DNA of 64,000 nucleotides from a plasmid: sequence record CP128686.1; one strand, 5' to 3'. Shown piece by piece: positions 58,738 to 64,000 of this stretch (position 1 is its first letter; each line of letters starts with the position of its first letter). The notes under the pieces were generated by a model. It saw only the letters and a program-made list of their open reading frames with translations, ran no database searches and was not told where the DNA came from. The position numbers and the translations under genes were made by a program.

Positions 58738-59751
58738 TCAATTCATCGTGATGACCACTTTGCCAGTATGTTGCTGGCTTTCAAAATATCGCCATGCTTC
58801 AACAGCATGTTCAAACTCGAATACCCTGTCTATAACCGGCTGAAGCTGACTTTTTACCAGCGCCCGATTCATAGCGACAAAATCCTCGCGGCTGCCAACA
58901 CTGAAAGGTCTTACAGTTGCGCCACTTTTGAACAAAGTCATAAAATCGACTGATGCACTTCCCTGTGCAACAAAGCCCAGCAGAGCAATTTCCCCTCCCG
59001 GCGCTGCGGAGAGTAAAGACTGATTTAAGGTTCCCGGCCCGCCAATTTCCACAATACGGTCAACCCCCCTGCCTTGTGTCAGTTCCCGGACTTTTACTGA
59101 CCATTCAGGATAATGTCGGTAATTGATGACATGATCGGCACCAAGCGCCGACAATAGCTGTGCTTTTACATCATTTGACGTTAACGCAATAACGCGTGCC
59201 CCCATGATTTTGGCGAACTGCACCGCAAACAGTGAGACTCCACCTGTGCCCTGGGTAAGCACAGTCTCTCCCGGTAATACAGACCGCGACTGTTGAAGGC
59301 TGTTCCATGCTGTAACTGCTGCGCAAGGGAGAGTGGCAGCCTGTTCCCAGCTCAGGTAATCAGGTACAGAAACCAGAGACTCTTCATCAACCACTTTGTA
59401 TGAGGTTAACCATCCATCGGCCTGAGTGCCATAAGTTCCTCTCCCTGCAGCGGCATCCCGTGCTCCACCAAACCAGTGAGGAAAGAAGGTTCCCACAACC
59501 CGATCCCCCTTTTTAAACAGGCCCACAGAATCGCCTGTAGCCACGACCTCACCAGCCCCGTCCGATAAAGGGATCAGCCCGGCTTTAGGGGTTAATGTGC
59601 CTGTTCCGTACAGAATGGCCAGATCACGATAATTAAGACTACAGGCGCGGACCTTTATCAGAACCTGATTACGCCCGGGGACTGGCTGCTGTTCCTCAAT
59701 TAACTTCAGTCCTTGTAAACTTCCGAAACTCTCAAGTCGATAGCTATGCAT
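58738..59751 (-). CDS. Zinc-binding alcohol dehydrogenase / NADPH:quinone oxidoreductase-family (MDR) protein.
   Basis: 337 aa. MDR-family Rossmann region LTQGTGGVSLFAVQFAKIMGARV. Confidence 0.8.
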   Translation of the reverse strand: MHSYRLESFGSLQGLKLIEEQQPVPGRNQVLIKVRACSLNYRDLAILYGTGTLTPKAGLIPLSDGAGEVVATGDSVGLFKKGDRVVGTFFPHWFGGARDAAAGRGTYGTQADGWLTSYKVVDEESLVSVPDYLSWEQAATLPCAAVTAWNSLQQSRSVLPGETVLTQGTGGVSLFAVQFAKIMGARVIALTSNDVKAQLLSALGADHVINYRHYPEWSVKVRELTQGRGVDRIVEIGGPGTLNQSLLSAAPGGEIALLGFVAQGSASVDFMTLFKSGATVRPFSVGSREDFVAMNRALVKSQLQPVIDRVFEFEHAVEAWRYFESQQHTGKVVITMN

Positions 59752-59863
59752 ATTGCTCTCTTTGGTTTTGTTGAGTACGTCGCTACCTTAAAATTTTTTT
59801 ACTGGATGTAGAATGTCTGAAAAGACATTATTACTGACTAACCGTCCATGAAAGAGGGAAAAA

Positions 59864-60391
59864 ATGGATCCTCTCGATGATGTATTTGCTGCTATGCGTC
59901 TCAAAAGCGCACTTTATTCACGCCTTTTACCGCATGCCCCGTGGGGGATAAGCTTTGTAAGAAGTGCTTCAATTCGCTTTGGATTCATGGTTTCTGGACA
60001 TGGAATGCTTATAGTGGAAGGCGTTGAAAACTCCATTGAACTGCAGCAAGGAGATGGGTTCCTGGTGAAGCCTGAGACCCTTTTTTCTCTGGTAGATAAC
60101 CCTTCTACTCCAACACAATGGTGCGAAGATATCTTTGCTGAATGTTCAGGTAATAGTCTCAGTTTTGGAGGTGATGGCGAAGTGGCCAATATTCTCTGTG
60201 GCTATTTCTCCTTCGATACTACGGGAGCAGAACCGTTGCTTTCACTGCTGCCCTCAGTCGTGGTCATCCCCTCTGACGCTGCCCGTTCACCACTTTTGGG
60301 CCTAGTGGGAGCGAAGCTGCAAAATGCGGCATCTGACTTTTTTGAACTGGATCTGAATAAAAATTACTCACCTGTGAAATGGTTACCATAG
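59864..60391 (+). pseudogene. AraC-family regulator N-terminal cupin/effector domain. The C-terminal HTH is missing and replaced by the Tn3-family transposase.
   Basis: AraC_N-like N-terminus (MDPLDDVFAAMRLKSALYSRL...). The ORF stops 11 bp before the transposase gene. Confidence 0.45.
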
Positions 60392-60401
60392 CGGTTACCC
60401 A

Positions 60402-63362
60402 TTGATGATTCAGGGAGTTGGGATGTTGTTACAGGAGAAGGCTTTTGATGACAGGGACGAGTGGCATTTGCTTGCTGACGAGCTTTCCCTGCTACCGGGG
60501 ATGACCGATACGGGGCGTCTGGGATTTGCCCTTCAACTAAAATTCCGACAGGTTCAGGGCCATTATCCCGACTCTGTACACGATTTCCCTTCCGGCATTG
60601 TGCACACCATCGCTGAGCAGGTCGGATGCGCTTCCGTATCCCCTGAAAACTATCCGTTTCAGGGACGGCAGGCTCAGCGACACCGACACCGACAACATAT
60701 TCGTCGCTATCTGGGTGTCAGACTCCCCAGTAAAGCTGATATCGCACGACTCAGCGCCTGGTTAACCGAATTTATCCTCCCGTTAAATCCGCAGGCCGTA
60801 CATGGCAGTGAACTTGTTACTGACTGGTGTCAGGAACAGCTGATTGAACGGCCAGCCACCGAGCACCTGGAGCGGATTATACGTTCAGCTGTACACCAGT
60901 TCGAAACAAAGCAACAAAACACCATATTTACCCGACTTTCACTCGACAGTAAGGTTGCCATCAATCATCTACTGTCTGCCGAAGAACCGGGCGCTGCCCA
61001 GGTAAACGAAGTCACATTCAGCGGCCTCAAAGCTGACCCGGGAAGGCCCAGTCTGGAGAATGTCCTTTCCGTCATCGCCCAACTAAAATGCCTTGATGGT
61101 GTTGCGCTACTGCCGAATATTTTTCAGGGCATATCTCCTAAATTCATCGTCCAGTTTCAACAACGGTGTGCCAGTGAATCGATCAGGGAGCTTCGTCGCC
61201 ACCCTTCAGCGATCCGTTACAGCATGGTAGCTATGTTTTGCTGGCGTCGCCGCCAGCAACTGACCGATGCGTTGATTGAGATGTTGATGGTGCTGATCCA
61301 TAATCTCGGTACCCGTGCTGAAAAAAAGGTCGATAAAAAGCAGTTTGCGGCGTTTAAAAAGGTCAGGGGCAAGGCGCGTCTGCTATTCCGCATGGCCGAG
61401 GCTACCGTTGACCAGCCAGACGGTGTCATAAAGGAAGTTGTCTATCCTGTTGTCTCACAGAAAATGCTGCAAAATCTGGTCGATGAATTCAAAACTCTAG
61501 GGGTGAATACTGAGCAGGAAGTACATGAATCCATGCGTTCTTCTTACGGTAACCACTATCGCAGGATGTTGATGCCGGTACTGGACCGGCTTGAGTTTCA
61601 GTCCGGCAATGCCCTCTATCGGCCCGTGATTGATGCTATCCAGATTATTAAGGAAAACAGGACCAGCAATCAGCATTTCTATGCGGTGGGTGATGTGCCT
61701 GTTGACGGTATTATTCAGAAAAAATGGCGGGATGTTGTCATCGTACAGAGCCAGTCCGGTGAAGAGCGTATTAATCGTACCAACTATGAAATTTGTGTAT
61801 TACGGGCTTTACGCAAAAGTCTGCGCAACAAAGAAATCTGGGTCACCGGCGCGGATCGCTATCGTGATCCGGCAGAAGATCTCCCTGCCGATTTTGCCAC
61901 TAACCGCGCATATTATTATTCCCTGTTGCAGGCACCCACTGATGCGACAACCTTTATTAATCAAATCAAAGACAGGATGCGCCAGTGGCTCGGTACGCTG
62001 GATAATGGCCTGCCGGATAATCCCAGACTTCGCATCAGGGAACAGGGGAAAAATCGTATCCACCTGACGCCGCTGGATAAACAAACGGAGCCGCCCAACA
62101 CCGCAGCGCTGAAGCAGGAGATTGGCCAGCGCTGGGCCGATCTGGAGTTGATAGACATACTCAAGGAGGTGGATTTACGGGAACATTTCTCGTGGTTATT
62201 TCGCACATCGGCCAGTCGGGAAGTGCTGGAGCCTGAGGTATTACAACGCCGCCTGTTGTTATGTCTGTTTGGCCTCGGAACGAATGTAGGGCTGAAACGT
62301 ATCGCCAGCCAGCAACCCCGCGTCAGTTATGATGAATTGCGTTACGTTAAACGGCGGTTTATTCAGAAAGATGCTTTGCGCTCAGCGATTTCACATATTG
62401 TGAATGGTATTTTCAGAATTCGTCAGCCCGCTATCTGGGGGAATGCGACGACATCCTGTGCGGCGGACTCCCGAAAGTTTGGTGCTTATGATCAGAATCT
62501 GATGACAGAATGGCATGCTCGCTATGGCGGGCGCGGCGTGATGATTTACTGGCATGTGGATACGCATTCCACCTGTATTTATTCACAATTGCGCCGCTGT
62601 TCCTCATCGGAGGTGGCCGCCATGATGGAAGGTGTTCTGCGTCACTGTACCGACATGGAAATTAACCACCAGTATGTGGACAGCCACGGACAAAGTGAGG
62701 TGGCCTTTGCGTTCAGTGATGTGCTGGGGTTCGATCTATTGCCGCGCCTGAAAGCGATCGCCCGACAGAAACTGTATGTGTGTGAAAAGGAAGATACATC
62801 GTTGTACCCGCATCTTACGCCGATTTTAACCCGGGGGATCGACTGGGAGCTTATTGCACAACAGTATGACGAGATAATCAAATATACAGCGGCACTTAAA
62901 ACCGGAACGGCAGAACCCGAGGCCATATTACGACGATTCACCCGCAATAACATTCAGCATCCAACCTATAAGGCACTCGCGGAGCTGGGCAAAGCGATTA
63001 AGACCATCTTCCTCTGCCGTTATTTACACGATGAGTCACTGCGTTGCGAAATTAATGCGGGTCTCAACGTCGTGGAAAACTGGAACAGCGCCAATAATTT
63101 TATTTTTTATGGCGAACACGGAGAATTTACCAGCAACCGGCCTGCGGATCAGGAACTGTCGATGCTCTCTTTGCACCTGTTGCAAATCAGCCTGGTCTAT
63201 ATCAATACCCTGTTGATTCAAAATGTGCTGACAGAGCCGGCCTGGCAGCAGAGAATGACAGAAGAAGACTGGCGTGGTCTGACCCCATTGATATACCACC
63301 ATGTTAATCCGTATGGACGTATCGAGCTGAACATGGATCAACGGCTGGCGCTGGCAGCCTGA
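60402..63362 (+). CDS. tnpA: Tn3-family transposase TnpA.
   Basis: 986 aa with the Tn3-family conserved N-terminus (...RLGFALQL...) and a DDE region. A recognisable 38-bp IR is not evident upstream. Confidence 0.85.
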   Translation: MMIQGVGMLLQEKAFDDRDEWHLLADELSLLPGMTDTGRLGFALQLKFRQVQGHYPDSVHDFPSGIVHTIAEQVGCASVSPENYPFQGRQAQRHRHRQHIRRYLGVRLPSKADIARLSAWLTEFILPLNPQAVHGSELVTDWCQEQLIERPATEHLERIIRSAVHQFETKQQNTIFTRLSLDSKVAINHLLSAEEPGAAQVNEVTFSGLKADPGRPSLENVLSVIAQLKCLDGVALLPNIFQGISPKFIVQFQQRCASESIRELRRHPSAIRYSMVAMFCWRRRQQLTDALIEMLMVLIHNLGTRAEKKVDKKQFAAFKKVRGKARLLFRMAEATVDQPDGVIKEVVYPVVSQKMLQNLVDEFKTLGVNTEQEVHESMRSSYGNHYRRMLMPVLDRLEFQSGNALYRPVIDAIQIIKENRTSNQHFYAVGDVPVDGIIQKKWRDVVIVQSQSGEERINRTNYEICVLRALRKSLRNKEIWVTGADRYRDPAEDLPADFATNRAYYYSLLQAPTDATTFINQIKDRMRQWLGTLDNGLPDNPRLRIREQGKNRIHLTPLDKQTEPPNTAALKQEIGQRWADLELIDILKEVDLREHFSWLFRTSASREVLEPEVLQRRLLLCLFGLGTNVGLKRIASQQPRVSYDELRYVKRRFIQKDALRSAISHIVNGIFRIRQPAIWGNATTSCAADSRKFGAYDQNLMTEWHARYGGRGVMIYWHVDTHSTCIYSQLRRCSSSEVAAMMEGVLRHCTDMEINHQYVDSHGQSEVAFAFSDVLGFDLLPRLKAIARQKLYVCEKEDTSLYPHLTPILTRGIDWELIAQQYDEIIKYTAALKTGTAEPEAILRRFTRNNIQHPTYKALAELGKAIKTIFLCRYLHDESLRCEINAGLNVVENWNSANNFIFYGEHGEFTSNRPADQELSMLSLHLLQISLVYINTLLIQNVLTEPAWQQRMTEEDWRGLTPLIYHHVNPYGRIELNMDQRLALAA

Positions 63363-63480
63363 TGGTGCCCAGAACCGTTCGGTTTCGTACACAGGGTCTT
63401 AATACTGTCCGAAAGTAAGTGAAATTACTTTCGGATATGCATTATGATTCGTACATCCTTTTCGGACGGAAATTTTCATC

Positions 63481-64000
63481 ATGTCACGCGTTTTTGCCTA
63501 CTGCCGTGTTTCTACACTGGAGCAGAACACGGAAAACCAGCGCAGGGAAATAGAAGCTGCTGGTTTTACCGTCAAATCCCAGAGACTGATTGAGGAGCAC
63601 ATCAGTGGTTCGGTTGCTGCCAGTGAGCGGCCTGGATTTACCCGTCTGCTCGACAGAATGGAAAATGGTGACGTGCTGATTGTCACTAAACTGGATCGTC
63701 TTGGACGAAATGCTATGGACGTTAGGAAAACGGTGGAACAACTAGCAGCGTCCGGTATTCGCGTACACTGTCTCGCGCTGGGCGGCGTGGACCTCACCAG
63801 CGCGGCCGGCAGGATGACCATGCAGGTGATTTCGGCCGTCGCTGAGTTTGAGAAAGACCTGCTGATTGAGCGTACACATTCAGGGATTGCAAGAGCCAGG
63901 GCTTCGGGAAAACGCTTCGGGCGTCCTTCGTCACTCAATGGGGTACAGCAGCAGGTGGTGCTGGAACGTCTTAACGCTGGAGTAAGTATTGGTCTATTGC
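63481..64000 (+). CDS. tnpR: Serine recombinase/resolvase (TnpR-like). Partial, running off the window end.
   Basis: [15 protein letters not shown]...[15 protein letters not shown] catalytic-serine resolvase N-terminal domain. Not in the ORF track because there is no stop in the window. Confidence 0.75.
   Translation, partial: MSRVFAYCRVSTLEQNTENQRREIEAAGFTVKSQRLIEEHISGSVAASERPGFTRLLDRMENGDVLIVTKLDRLGRNAMDVRKTVEQLAASGIRVHCLALGGVDLTSAAGRMTMQVISAVAEFEKDLLIERTHSGIARARASGKRFGRPSSLNGVQQQVVLERLNAGVSIGLL

Noticed and set aside
1..64000. Search for a CRISPR array of regularly spaced 28-37 bp direct repeats, especially near the Cas6e/DinG genes.
   Set aside because: No such periodic repeat structure was seen by eye. 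The only tandem repeats are the 8-bp microsatellite at 26546..26601 and the CATATG-rich motifs at 48438..48610.

Overview
This window is a mosaic, IS-rich segment of a hypervirulent Klebsiella pneumoniae virulence plasmid of the pLVPK/pK2044 type. It carries all five classic hvKp marker loci in one stretch. The Klebsiella-type salmochelin locus iroBCDN has iroN co-directional, no iroE, and Fur boxes. Next to it is the rmpA-rmpD-rmpC mucoid-regulator operon with the peg-344 EamA transporter. The aerobactin locus shiF / iucABCD-iutA follows. A second rmp copy (rmpA2, rmpD2, rmpC2 remnant) is present. In the sequence as given, rmpA is frameshifted at an interrupted poly-G tract and rmpA2 is frameshifted at a poly-A tract. 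rmpC and the small rmpD/rmpD2 ORFs, which the ORF track misses and which appear to use GTG starts, look intact.

Mobile elements break the backbone: an IS3-family fragment, an IS1-like element, an IS903-like element, an IS630 fragment, an IS110-family element, an IS3 orfA fusion and a Tn3-family transposon.

Other cargo includes:
- a PAPS-reductase-like / ParB-like nuclease pair
- a Fec-like iron ABC importer plus fecR/fecA remnants
- a zinc-limitation-like module (Zur-like regulator, COG0523 GTPases, MliC-like protein)
- a plasmid copy of def
- duplicated SAM-methyltransferase and Lrp/EamA modules
- vapBC

Two regions deserve a second look:
1. A decayed CRISPR-associated operon at 16.8-20.4 kb without a CRISPR array. 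It encodes a Zn-finger protein, a Cas6e-family endoribonuclease, a DinG-family helicase, and two Hda/DnaA-like mini-ATPases. It is truncated by IS1 and IS903 and resembles a type IV-A remnant or variant.
2. A defense-island-like block at 48.8-55.4 kb. It holds a DUF3800 protein with a small HTH gene, a translationally coupled small-protein / TIR-like (COG4271-type) effector pair, and a KAP-family P-loop NTPase interrupted by one in-frame TAA codon and coupled to an unrecognised GC-rich 300-aa partner.
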